From the NCBI GenBank assembly GCA_964455655.1, contig CAYVWZ010000002.1, positions 24,502 through 88,501 of the forward strand: a stretch of 64,000 nt of DNA, read 5' to 3'. A model generated the notes under the pieces. It made no database searches, was not told the DNA's origin, and was given only the letters and a program-made list of their open reading frames with translations. The stretch is from Candidatus Woesearchaeota archaeon. Its GTDB lineage: Archaea; Nanobdellota; Nanobdellia; SCGC-AAA011-G17; JACPNG01. A program made the position numbers and the translations under genes. Positions 49,795 through 59,528 of this stretch are shown one piece after another (within the stretch, counting starts at the first letter, position 1; each line of letters opens with the position of its first letter).

Positions 49795-50377
49795 TCCTCA
49801 AGAGAAAAAAACAGAGAAAACATCAATACTTAAAGACCCTAGCATGAAAGACATAATCCTTGGAGGAGCTCTTCTTGTATTAGGAATATTCATTCTTATT
49901 TTAGGACTAGCAGGAACATCACTTTTCCCAAAAACACTAGAAATCATATTAGCAGTACTTATCCTTGGAGGAGGAATAGGATATTCACTCTATAGATATA
50001 AACATCCTCCATTAACAGAAGAACACCAACTCGTAACATCACCAATCTCAACAATACAACAACAACTATCAGAACACAAAAATGTTTACCAACTCAATCA
50101 ATACGTATCAACATTACTCCAACGTGGAAAGAAAGAACAAGAAATAAAGAATTTATGTAAAACAGCTGGATGGAGCGAGAAAGAAGTTAGTGATGCACTT
50201 GATCGTGCAAGAAAAACAACTAAAGCAGATCCTTACAAACAAATAGAAGACTATATTACACTACAACTTGCAAAAGGAACCTCACCAGAAAATATCCAAG
50301 TAACCTTACAAAAAGCAGGCTGGAAAAAAGAAGTTATAGACACACTCATTAAAAAGAATTCTCAAAAGAAAAAGTAA
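49775..50377 (+). CDS. membrane protein with two cytoplasmic KAGW repeats (tail-domain paralog of the 50869 protein C-terminus)
   Basis: TTG start with a GGGAGG RBS; alternatively the ATG at 49844. Two TM helices. Repeats KKEQEIKNLCKTAGWSEKEVSDAL and SPENIQVTLQKAGWKKEVIDTL. Confidence 0.5.
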   Translation: MPTPKDNPQEKKTEKTSILKDPSMKDIILGGALLVLGIFILILGLAGTSLFPKTLEIILAVLILGGGIGYSLYRYKHPPLTEEHQLVTSPISTIQQQLSEHKNVYQLNQYVSTLLQRGKKEQEIKNLCKTAGWSEKEVSDALDRARKTTKADPYKQIEDYITLQLAKGTSPENIQVTLQKAGWKKEVIDTLIKKNSQKKK

Positions 50378-50410
50378 ACTTTAATAAGCATCATAGCGCC
50401 ATCACAACAT

Positions 50411-50872
50411 ATGAATAAGAGAGGTCAGGTGACTGTATTTGTTATTATCGGTATAGTCCTCATTATTATTCTTGCAATTGTTTTTGTTATACTAAGAACT
50501 CCTGCAGGAGTAAAAGCACCACAAGATACTGATGAACTTACTGAAGCATTACAAATTTGTTTAGAAGAACAACTTAGCACAGGAGTCGCACATCCCTTAT
50601 TCGCATCATTCCCCACTATAGACTTATCAAAACAATGGTTAGAAAATAATACAAAAACAAATTTCATTCAAAATTGTGCACCTATAGCAGAAAATTATCC
50701 TGGAGCAACAACAAAAGAAGAACTTATTACATCACAAGTCTTAATCCAAGGACCAGATCTTAATACTTTTGAAATTATTAGAGTAACTATTAATTTCCCC
50801 GTAACTATAACACAGGGCACTTCAACAGAACAATTGCCCGTAATCATTGCAGAGGTCTATGAACACCAATGA
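50411..50872 (+). CDS. archaeal type IV pilin-like protein (class III signal peptide KRGQ-VTVFV), partner of giant surface protein
   Basis: MNKRGQVTVFVIIGIVLIIILAIVFVIL. Conserved LQICLEEQ region. Its stop overlaps the start of 50869. Confidence 0.6.
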   Translation: MNKRGQVTVFVIIGIVLIIILAIVFVILRTPAGVKAPQDTDELTEALQICLEEQLSTGVAHPLFASFPTIDLSKQWLENNTKTNFIQNCAPIAENYPGATTKEELITSQVLIQGPDLNTFEIIRVTINFPVTITQGTSTEQLPVIIAEVYEHQ

Positions 50873-53800
50873 AAAAATTGTTTGTTTTATTCTTAATTCT
50901 TATTTTACTTTGTACTGTTATTGTTGTTGCTGAAGAATATACACCAGATGGATGCTTAAAATCTGGAGGGAACGGAGCAGAATTTTGTGATGATGAGAAA
51001 GATTATCATAAATTTATCAGTGGAGGAGGTCCTGTAACATTCCACGTCCATAGTGATGGAGGGGGAACATTCTTTATCGCAGAAGCAAGCGCAATGGAAC
51101 ACTGCCAAGACTTCGGAACATTTGACACTCCGCCATTTAAAACTGTAGCAACATTTAGCCCCTCTGAAGACGGGAAATCTATCACATTACCACCTGCAGC
51201 ATCAGGAATGTACACTCTAGGAACATACGGTGGAAATAAAAACGAGGGATATGTTTGCCCCGGTGGAAGCGGAGGCGGAGATCTTAACGGACAAGAAGGA
51301 TCTGGAAGTTCTGGAGGAAGCACTAGTGGTTCAGGCAAAAGCTCCGGAGGAACATCTGGAGGAAATGCGCCAGGCCCCGTATCAGAAGGAGTATGTTCAA
51401 AAGATGTTGATCTCGATTGTAGAAGATCAGACAAAGTAACAAGTGAAGCATGTAAATCTGCTGTAAGCCCACTCTATACATACACTGCATGTCCAAATCA
51501 AAAAGTATCAATCACCTATAACATTCAAACACTCGAATGCGGAGACGAATTAGGATTACGCATTGCAAAATATGATGGAGCAGGAGGATGGACTCCATTA
51601 GAAGATAGTAATGTTGTAAGTAATGGAGACGGAACAGGAACCGTAACCGCAACAACAAACTCCGATGCAACATTCGCAGTCATTGCAACAGGAGAATGTG
51701 TACCTCAATGTTATCAAAATGTCTATGATTATCCAGATCCTGTGCTTGGAGGAAGCAGCATCACTCTTGGAGCATGTGGCTCCGCAATACCAGCAACTGA
51801 AGAAGCAGCACAAGAAGAAACTCAAGATACAACAACAGAAACATTACCAGAAGAAACATGCTTTGAAAAATTAACACGACTCAAATCAACAGGAACTATT
51901 GGAAGCGAATTATTCTGGGAACGATGCGAAGAAAGTTGTAATGGAGAAGACTATGGTCCAACAGCAGACGCAGAACATTGCTGCGCAACAGGATGCCAAG
52001 CAGGAACTAATGAAAATCCCTACACTACACCAAGCGAAAGCTTCGCATTACCTGATTTAGATACTATTGCACCAGCACTCTTCATTATTCGAAGAGATGA
52101 GTGTAATGCAAACCAAGGAATTGTATCATCAGATCAAAAAGGGGCAGTCTGTCCAAAAGGATATCAATTTGGCGGAAGCTTCAAAATAGGAAATGAAGAA
52201 GATGGATGTAATGGAGATCAACAATACACCGGAATTGCAAAAACAAGCAATGGATACACAACAGCAACGATCACGAAAGGATGGGTAGACCTCTGCACGA
52301 AAAATCAAATAGCATACTTAACAAAAGCACGAGATGAATGTTTAGTAAAACCATTAGATGATTCAGTATCTCTTGGCGAATATGCTAAGAGCGCTCCTGA
52401 TTCAGCAGCATCACTCTATTGCCCTAAAGGAAGCGTTGTTTGCGGAGGCTCAGATTATCAAACCGTTGGTAGGGAATATTCAAGACGAGAATCATTTACT
52501 ACATTCTACTGTTGTGAAACAACATTACAACTCCAAGAATCAGAAGAAAATCTTGCAGCACCATCAGGACAACTTGCATCAGCATATTGTTCAGAAGAAA
52601 ACTCACTTGCTACAGGAGCACGATTCGGACCAAGTTATGAAGATGAAAATGAAATCGATCAACTCTTCTGCTCAAAAACACCTAAAGCACAAGTCCTCAA
52701 ATCACAAAGAACTATTTTACAATCAGAGACAGACCCTCTTGATAGGGCATCATCACTATTCTGTGAGCGTTATGGACCTGACTATGCAGTATGCGGAGGA
52801 ATTAATAATGACCAAACTGGAAGTGCACTAGACATTGGTTCGCTCTACTGTTGTCAAATTAAAGAAACTCTTACTCCTTGTAAACCTGGATATGTATTAA
52901 CAGGAACTATCAAAGTAAATAATGAAGCTAATGATCGTTGTAATGTTGATCCAACACAAGCACAAACTGAATATGGATGGACTGCTGAAGGAGCAAAAAT
53001 AATTTCAGGACATGTAGGAATATGCGTCAAGAGCAGCGAAATAGAACAACTCGATCAACCCCTTCTCGAAGTTCCTGAAAGCGTCACAACAGGAACTGTT
53101 GGCACTTTTACCCCACCAGAACATGCAATCCCTCTAGGAAGACTTACTACAACAGCAAACTATGAACAAGCAATATTCCCAACACTCTCATCAACAGAGG
53201 GAGAAGAAAACCAAGAAGCAACACTTGAATCAGGAACTATAGGATTCTATGTAAAACTAAATCATCCTCTCGTAAACTTCTGCGGATCAGCATCATTCGA
53301 TAATGGAACATGCACTGAAGAATTATGCGTCTCAACAGACGGAACATTTGCATGTAAAGCAACAACAGAAATAGAAGATGCAGTACAAGACTATTATGCA
53401 TACGTCTGTGACTTTACAGGATGCCCAAGCTCTAACTTTACAAGCGGAAATAACAAATATTATGGAACAGGAAATTATCAAATATGTTCAAGCTCAGAAG
53501 CATGCGGACTAGTAGGACCAAGCAGTGAATGTGTAGATGTAGATACTGATGGATATTGTAGTGATGTAGACTGTGATGATAATTTAATAGAAGTAAACCC
53601 TGACGCAGCAGAAATATGCGATGGAATAGACAATGATTGCGACTTAAGCATTGATGAAGACTTTGACTTAGACAATGACACCGTATCAACATGCGCAACC
53701 GTTCCAGACTGTGACGATACCAACGGAACAATATCTCCTCTTGCAGGAGAAACATGCGGAAACAGTATCGATGAAAACTGTGATGGAAACGCAACCGTAT

Positions 53801-56076
53801 GCCCAACATGCGAAAATGATGGAACAGACGAAGACTTAGACGGAGTATGTAGTAATGCAGGAGACTGCGATGATGGAAATAATACTATTTATGCAAACGC
53901 AACAGAATTCTGCGATGATGGAATAGACCAAGACTGTGATGGAAGCGACAATGCATGCCCACCAGAACCACAATGTACACCTGGAGTTTACAGAGTATGC
54001 TATCCAACACCAGAAAATAAAACTTATACGTATCACCAACAATGCGGAGAAGATCAACTATGGGGCGTATGCGAACCAGACTATCTCTTAGGAGTCCCAC
54101 CAAATGTTCCAACACCCGCATGTACTGACGGATTCCAATTAACATGCCCAAGACAACAAGGAGTATGCGCTGGAAGCGCACAAACATGCACCGGAAGCTC
54201 TTGGCCTGGATGTAGTTATGCAAATATTCCAGGATATAGCACAACAGACCTCTGCGGAGACTATCTCGATAATAATTGCGACGGAAGCGTAGACGAAAAT
54301 TGTCCATGTATTGAAGGACAAAACATTACTTGTGGAAGTAGTGTAGGCATATGCGAAGCAGGAACACAACTCTGTAAAAACGCAAAATGGCAAACATGCA
54401 CACCAAAAGTAGAAGGAACACCAGAAATATTCTTCGATCAAAAAGACAATGATTGCGATGGAGCAGTAGATGAAGGATTTGATTGCTCACAAACATTCGG
54501 AATAGGATTCAATAGAAGTTGTGGAGAAGCAAGCGGAGGAGTTTGTAAATTCGGAATACAACAATGTACTGATAAATTATTCTTAAACATGACCGTCATG
54601 GGAATATGCCAAGGAAGCGTCAACCCAGGACAAGAAATATGCGATGCTGTAGACAATGATTGTGACGGAAGCGGAGACGAAGGATGTGCATGCACCACAG
54701 GACAAAAACAATCATGCGGACTAGGAGTAGGAATATGCGGAACAGGACACCAAGACTGTATCAATAGCACATGGAGCGTATGCTTAAACGTAACACAACC
54801 ACAGACAGAGAAATGTGGAGACTTACTTGATAACGATTGCGACGGAAGCGTAGACGAAAACTGTCCATGCGCAGGAAACCAAACCAGTATCCTTTGCAGC
54901 AAACAATTAGGAGTATGCAACGGAACAAAAGCAATGTGTGTTAATGGTAAATTTGAAGATTGTAATGCAATATACGATGACCTTGATGATTACGAAGTCA
55001 TAGAACAAACTTGTAATGATAAACTCGACAACGACTGTGATAACTCAACAGATGATAATGATCCAGGACAATGTGGAGAACTAACAGGAAGCGACAAATG
55101 CAGTGACGGAACACTCGTAGGACAATGTGTCAACAGAGGAAAAGAATCAACATTCTGTAACAGCCTAGGAAACTTAGTAGAATTATGTAGTACTTGTGAT
55201 GCAGACTGTGAACCAGGAATAAGCGTTTGTAATATTAACGGAGAATGTAAAGACTTACCAACAAGAGGAACTGGAGGAACCGGAGGAACAGAAGAAGATT
55301 GTAATTATGATGGAGTCTGCGACTCATTAGAAACAACTGCATGTAGCGATTGCAGTGATACAAGTGGAGGAAGAGACACAACATCAGATAGCGGAATACC
55401 ATGGTTATGGATCATCCTAGGAATCATACTCTTAGGAATCATTGTAGGTGGTGCATACTACCTCATGAAGAGAAAAAAGAAACCAGACGACAAAAAACCA
55501 TTAACACCAACACAAATACGAACCATAGAACAACCAGCAGTAACACAACAACAACTCAAACAAACAAGACAAGAAAACGATATCAAACAATTACAAGACT
55601 ATATCACAAGAAGTTTGAAACAAGGCAAAAAACTACAAGACATCAAAGACTTATGCAAAAAAGCAGGATGGAACGATCAAGAAATTAATCAATGCCTAGG
55701 AAGCGCACAACAAGTAGTAAAGAAAAATCCAGAACAATCATTACAAGACCTAGAAAATTATGCAATAGTCTCCTTCAAAAAAGGATTACAAGACAGAGAC
55801 ATACGAAAAAAACTATTAGGAGCAGGATGGAAATCACAACTTGTTGACAAAGCAATACTTAATGCAAAAATAGACCTTGCAAGACAAACAAGCCAACAAC
55901 GACCACAACCTGTAGCTCGAAACTCCGATGAAGAAGCATATGCTGATAAGAAACTAAATGAAATGCTTGATAAAAAACCAGAAAATAAGAACTCTGGACT
56001 CAAAACAACCACCGTAGAAGGTAATCAAGAATACATACTAGATTCTAAGAAAGGCCGAAAAGCTAAAAAGAAGTAA
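50869..56076 (+). CDS. giant surface protein (1735 aa) with Cys-rich DNDCDG repeats, C-terminal TM anchor and cytoplasmic KAGW-repeat tail
   Basis: Signal peptide. N-terminal GGGTFFIAEASAME domain shared with the 45847 protein. About 9 DNDCDG-type repeats. TM WLWIILGIILLGIIVGGAYYL. Tail with KKLQDIKDLCKKAGWNDQEINQCL. Confidence 0.7.
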   Translation: MKKLFVLFLILILLCTVIVVAEEYTPDGCLKSGGNGAEFCDDEKDYHKFISGGGPVTFHVHSDGGGTFFIAEASAMEHCQDFGTFDTPPFKTVATFSPSEDGKSITLPPAASGMYTLGTYGGNKNEGYVCPGGSGGGDLNGQEGSGSSGGSTSGSGKSSGGTSGGNAPGPVSEGVCSKDVDLDCRRSDKVTSEACKSAVSPLYTYTACPNQKVSITYNIQTLECGDELGLRIAKYDGAGGWTPLEDSNVVSNGDGTGTVTATTNSDATFAVIATGECVPQCYQNVYDYPDPVLGGSSITLGACGSAIPATEEAAQEETQDTTTETLPEETCFEKLTRLKSTGTIGSELFWERCEESCNGEDYGPTADAEHCCATGCQAGTNENPYTTPSESFALPDLDTIAPALFIIRRDECNANQGIVSSDQKGAVCPKGYQFGGSFKIGNEEDGCNGDQQYTGIAKTSNGYTTATITKGWVDLCTKNQIAYLTKARDECLVKPLDDSVSLGEYAKSAPDSAASLYCPKGSVVCGGSDYQTVGREYSRRESFTTFYCCETTLQLQESEENLAAPSGQLASAYCSEENSLATGARFGPSYEDENEIDQLFCSKTPKAQVLKSQRTILQSETDPLDRASSLFCERYGPDYAVCGGINNDQTGSALDIGSLYCCQIKETLTPCKPGYVLTGTIKVNNEANDRCNVDPTQAQTEYGWTAEGAKIISGHVGICVKSSEIEQLDQPLLEVPESVTTGTVGTFTPPEHAIPLGRLTTTANYEQAIFPTLSSTEGEENQEATLESGTIGFYVKLNHPLVNFCGSASFDNGTCTEELCVSTDGTFACKATTEIEDAVQDYYAYVCDFTGCPSSNFTSGNNKYYGTGNYQICSSSEACGLVGPSSECVDVDTDGYCSDVDCDDNLIEVNPDAAEICDGIDNDCDLSIDEDFDLDNDTVSTCATVPDCDDTNGTISPLAGETCGNSIDENCDGNATVCPTCENDGTDEDLDGVCSNAGDCDDGNNTIYANATEFCDDGIDQDCDGSDNACPPEPQCTPGVYRVCYPTPENKTYTYHQQCGEDQLWGVCEPDYLLGVPPNVPTPACTDGFQLTCPRQQGVCAGSAQTCTGSSWPGCSYANIPGYSTTDLCGDYLDNNCDGSVDENCPCIEGQNITCGSSVGICEAGTQLCKNAKWQTCTPKVEGTPEIFFDQKDNDCDGAVDEGFDCSQTFGIGFNRSCGEASGGVCKFGIQQCTDKLFLNMTVMGICQGSVNPGQEICDAVDNDCDGSGDEGCACTTGQKQSCGLGVGICGTGHQDCINSTWSVCLNVTQPQTEKCGDLLDNDCDGSVDENCPCAGNQTSILCSKQLGVCNGTKAMCVNGKFEDCNAIYDDLDDYEVIEQTCNDKLDNDCDNSTDDNDPGQCGELTGSDKCSDGTLVGQCVNRGKESTFCNSLGNLVELCSTCDADCEPGISVCNINGECKDLPTRGTGGTGGTEEDCNYDGVCDSLETTACSDCSDTSGGRDTTSDSGIPWLWIILGIILLGIIVGGAYYLMKRKKKPDDKKPLTPTQIRTIEQPAVTQQQLKQTRQENDIKQLQDYITRSLKQGKKLQDIKDLCKKAGWNDQEINQCLGSAQQVVKKNPEQSLQDLENYAIVSFKKGLQDRDIRKKLLGAGWKSQLVDKAILNAKIDLARQTSQQRPQPVARNSDEEAYADKKLNEMLDKKPENKNSGLKTTTVEGNQEYILDSKKGRKAKKK

Positions 56077-56093
56077 CTTAAGCTTTCAAAGCC

Positions 56094-56687
56094 ATGATAA
56101 TCGCCCAAGGAGCAGAAGCAGTACTCAAGAAAGAAGGGAATTTACTCATAAAAGAAAGAATATCGAAATCCTACAGAATTTCTCATATTGATAATGACCT
56201 ACGAAAATCAAGAACACGAAGAGAAGCAAAAATACTAGAAAAAGTACAAGAACTCATACCCTCACCAAAAGTTCACAAAATTGATGATAAACTCATGACT
56301 ATCACTATGGACTTTATTGAAGGACAAGTTTTACGAGACTGTGTAACAAGCATTGATAAGAAGAAAATGTTCAAACTTATCGGAAAACATATCAAAAAAT
56401 TACATGATTCAAACATTATTCATGGAGACTTAACAACCTCCAACATCATTGTTAAAGATCATATCCCCTACTTTATCGATTTTGGGCTTTCTGTTGTTTC
56501 TACAAAAATAGAAGATAGAGCTGTAGACCTACACTTATTACGACAAGCACTAGAGAGCAAGCACTATGCAGTCTGGGAAGAATGCTTCGAGGCTGTTATG
56601 CAAGGATATAACCCTGATAAAGAATTTATTGAACGCTTCGAAAAAGTAGAAGGAAGAGGAAGATACAAACACAAGCAGAAGGCTTAA
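56094..56687 (+). CDS. bud32: KEOPS complex kinase Bud32 (Kae1-associated Ser/Thr kinase)
   Basis: IAQGAEAVL...LIKERISKSYR...RTRREAKIL...IIHGDLTTSNIIV...YFIDFGLS. Confidence 0.85.
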   Translation: MIIAQGAEAVLKKEGNLLIKERISKSYRISHIDNDLRKSRTRREAKILEKVQELIPSPKVHKIDDKLMTITMDFIEGQVLRDCVTSIDKKKMFKLIGKHIKKLHDSNIIHGDLTTSNIIVKDHIPYFIDFGLSVVSTKIEDRAVDLHLLRQALESKHYAVWEECFEAVMQGYNPDKEFIERFEKVEGRGRYKHKQKA

Positions 56688-56717
56688 AAAAGAAATTTTG
56701 TCCAAAACACTCATAAC

Positions 56718-56790
56718 AGCCCCGTCGTCTAGCGGCCAAGGACATCGGACTTTGGATCCGGTAACGGAGGTTCAAATCCTCCCGGGGCTA
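56718..56790 (+). tRNA. tRNA-Gln (anticodon TTG)
   Basis: AGCCCCG acceptor, D-arm GTCT/GGAC, anticodon loop CUUUGGA, T-arm GGAGGTTCAAATCCTCC, discriminator A. 73 nt cloverleaf checked by hand. Confidence 0.85.
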
Positions 56791-56800
56791 TTCATATTTC

Positions 56801-57586
56801 TTACTTTCTTGAAACTTTTAATGTATTCTTCACAATTCTTAGGACTTCGCTATGTACAATCCCATTCGTTGCAACATGCCCCCGCACAGGCTTACGATAA
56901 TCAATAATCTCTCCATAGAGATCCGTAAACTTCCCACCAGCTTCGCCTACAAGTAAATCAGGGGCAGCAGAGTCCCATACCGTTTCTCCTGCAAAGACTA
57001 TAACTTCTAATTCTCCGCAAGCCACTAACATATCAACATAGCCAATACTTCCAACGCTACCTTCAACACCACAACACTTTAAGCATTCAAGATATGTTTT
57101 TCCAAGATCATACTTTGAACCTCTCCAAAATAACACTCCAAATGGAGCCTTCTTTAAATTAGAATTTTTTGAAACATGTATTCTTTTCCCGTTAAGATAT
57201 GCTCCTTTATTTTTCTCTGCAGTAAACATACGATCTTCAAAAGGATCATAAATAACACTCATGATAGGTCTTCCCCTCTGTACTAACGCAAGCATAAACA
57301 CACATGTAGGAATGCCATGAGAAAAAGGAATCGTTCCATCAACAGGATCACAAACCCACATAAACTCTTTCTCAACAGTTTTACCATTTTCTTCACCCAC
57401 AAAACCATGATCAGGAAATCTCTTCTTAACAGCTGCACGTACCATTAACTCAATCTCTAGATCCGTTGCAGTTACTGGAGAAGTATCACCCTTCCACTCT
57501 TTTTTCATTCCTAATGAAAAATTCTCCTTCATAATCTTTCCAGCTCTACGAGCTAAAGGAATAGCAAATGTGAGATATTCTTTCAT
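56801..57586 (-). CDS. inositol monophosphatase/fructose-1,6-bisphosphatase family (SuhB-like)
   Basis: FVGEENG...WVCDPVDGT...WDSAAPDLLVGEAGG metal-binding motifs. Confidence 0.85.
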   Translation of the reverse strand: MKEYLTFAIPLARRAGKIMKENFSLGMKKEWKGDTSPVTATDLEIELMVRAAVKKRFPDHGFVGEENGKTVEKEFMWVCDPVDGTIPFSHGIPTCVFMLALVQRGRPIMSVIYDPFEDRMFTAEKNKGAYLNGKRIHVSKNSNLKKAPFGVLFWRGSKYDLGKTYLECLKCCGVEGSVGSIGYVDMLVACGELEVIVFAGETVWDSAAPDLLVGEAGGKFTDLYGEIIDYRKPVRGHVATNGIVHSEVLRIVKNTLKVSRK

Positions 57587-57626
57587 GGAAACATTACACT
57601 ATTAGAACTTTAAAAATGTTTCATGA

Positions 57627-58103
57627 TCAAACTGCAATGAAAGCATCTCTTATTGGAGAATATCTTTTTCCTCTTGGATTTGGAGAAACCAGAACTTTAA
57701 ACTCATCTCCGCCTACAATATGTCTTGCGTATGCGAATGCAAGGTTGCGCAAGAGCTCATCAACAGCTCTTCCTTCAGGAGTTTCTAATAATAGAGGCTT
57801 GTCTCGACAGCGAATTCCCAGATCCCTACCTATAAGAGTTGGATTCATAGGATCTCTCACACTAAACGTTGCACCCCACCACTCACCCCCTGGTAAAAAT
57901 GCATTAGGAGTAGACTCCGGTACTGTGTGAAATGAAACCGTATATGAACCAGGACGCGTTAATTGATCATAACTAAAAAATGGCTGATGAATACTCACCG
58001 TTCCTGGCGTAAGATTTGGGACTACTGGCCAGAAACCAAACCTTGTAACATATGCTATAGGGTCTTCTCTTGTGACTTCTTCAAGACGATTTGTGTCTAA
58101 CAT
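57627..58103 (-). CDS. hypothetical protein (GC-elevated)
   Basis: 158 aa with no recognised motif. Codon composition is less AT-rich than the neighbours. Confidence 0.35.
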   Translation of the reverse strand: MLDTNRLEEVTREDPIAYVTRFGFWPVVPNLTPGTVSIHQPFFSYDQLTRPGSYTVSFHTVPESTPNAFLPGGEWWGATFSVRDPMNPTLIGRDLGIRCRDKPLLLETPEGRAVDELLRNLAFAYARHIVGGDEFKVLVSPNPRGKRYSPIRDAFIAV

Positions 58104-58186
58104 GCGCTTTTACTAAGATTAGTTTTATTTAAGTTTTATGTTGATTTATCAGCATATTTTATAATCTCATTTATTCGTACAAACTT

Positions 58187-58540
58187 ATGACAGCAATCAA
58201 ATTCCCCTTCAATGTAAAAGAACTCTTTCAAAAGTGCTCAAAAGCTGATAAGTTTCCTCGAAATGACTTAGAAAAACAAGCAATACTCATTCTTATTCTT
58301 GAAGATTTTAAGGATAAGCACATCTATACTGAAGAAGAAGTTGGAAAAATTATAGAAAAACATTTTTCAGACTCAACAACTCTTAGAAGAGAACTTATCA
58401 ATTATGGCTACATGAAAAGAAATCCAGAAAAAGGAACATACTGGGTTGTGAAAAGAATATTAACAGAAGACGATATAAGAAATAGTACCATGCTCCGCCA
58501 ACACGCAAGACCCTACAAAGTATTATCAGAGGACAAATGA
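58187..58540 (+). CDS. DUF2087-like protein
   Basis: C-terminal LRRELINYGYMKRNPEKGTYWVV resembles the DUF2087 core. Confidence 0.4.
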   Translation: MTAIKFPFNVKELFQKCSKADKFPRNDLEKQAILILILEDFKDKHIYTEEEVGKIIEKHFSDSTTLRRELINYGYMKRNPEKGTYWVVKRILTEDDIRNSTMLRQHARPYKVLSEDK

Positions 58541-59379
58541 AATTTACTTACATGTTAGCACCATTAGAACAAACAAGCGATAATGCATTGAGAACACTCT
58601 GCTATAAGTATGGAGCTGATTTAACCTTTACAGAAATGACCAGATATGACAGCTTAGCAAAGAAAAACAAGAGCAGTTTAAGAAAAATAGAACTACACGA
58701 TCAAACACCAACACAAATACAACTCGTTGGAGGAAAAGAAGAAGCACTAAAGAAATTCTTAGCAGACTTTACACCATCAAAAGGATTCAAAGGATTCAAC
58801 CTTAATCTAGGATGCCCAAGCCCCTACGTGATTAAACAAGGAATTGGAAGCGCAATGATCAAACGCATAACAAAAGTAAACAAAATCTTAGAAATCATTC
58901 AAGAAAAATATCCATGCTCCATAAAAATGAGATTAGGAATGAATGGATATGAAAAATTTCACAAAGTATATTTGAATTTAATCAAGAGCACAAACGCAGA
59001 ATTCTATATTGTACATGCAAGACACGGAAACGAACACTACGACTCACCAGCAGATAATTCAGTCTATAAAGAATGCTTAGAAACAGGAAAAACTATTATT
59101 GCAAATGGAGATATTCTAGACAGAGACGATGTAAAAAGATTACAAAACATAGGAGTACACGGAGTAATGCTCGGAAGAGCCGCAGTATATAATCCAGGAA
59201 TCTTTCAGGTGTTAAAAGGAAAAGAGCAAATAGACTTTAAAACACTGCGAGAAGAATATTTAGCGCTTGTAGAAAAATTTCAAACACCCTATGCCTACCA
59301 ACATAATGTGTTAAGCAGACTAGGAAATATAGAAAACTTACAAAAAAAGAAATACCAACTAGACCACGTCCAAGGATAG
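58537..59379 (+). CDS. tRNA-dihydrouridine synthase (Dus) family
   Basis: MLAPLEQTSDNALRTLCYKYGADLTFTEM...NLNLGCPS...MLGRAAVYNPGIF matches the Dus TIM-barrel motifs. Confidence 0.75.
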   Translation: MKFTYMLAPLEQTSDNALRTLCYKYGADLTFTEMTRYDSLAKKNKSSLRKIELHDQTPTQIQLVGGKEEALKKFLADFTPSKGFKGFNLNLGCPSPYVIKQGIGSAMIKRITKVNKILEIIQEKYPCSIKMRLGMNGYEKFHKVYLNLIKSTNAEFYIVHARHGNEHYDSPADNSVYKECLETGKTIIANGDILDRDDVKRLQNIGVHGVMLGRAAVYNPGIFQVLKGKEQIDFKTLREEYLALVEKFQTPYAYQHNVLSRLGNIENLQKKKYQLDHVQG

Positions 59380-59528
59380 CATTGCTACACGCCTTGAAAT
59401 AGGCACAAACGAGCACTTTAGAGCCCACCACAACTCTTAAAAACCATAATTCTCAGCTGAATTCTTAGAGGATAGACCTTGCTTAGGCAAACTATACCTG
59501 GCACACAAAGCTATCTTCTCCTCACACC

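Noticed and set aside
51006-54920. Antisense and alternative-frame ORFs within the 1735-aa gene (51006..51434, 53438..53809, 53885..54307, 54438..54920, 52358..52831)
   Set aside because: Same reasoning: fully embedded in a 5.2-kb CDS with a consistent repeat architecture on the + strand.
48500-55100. Repetitive Cys-rich DNA considered as a CRISPR array or tandem DNA repeat
   Set aside because: Repeat units are protein-level (DNDCDG modules) with divergent nucleotide sequence and variable spacing. There is no regular repeat-spacer periodicity and no cas genes.
56698-56907. 69-aa ORF spanning tRNA-Gln; similarly 15110..15370 over tRNA-Arg and 61933..62121 over tRNA-Thr
   Set aside because: Each ORF is read through a tRNA gene and its flanks. 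The tRNA cloverleaf is the better explanation.
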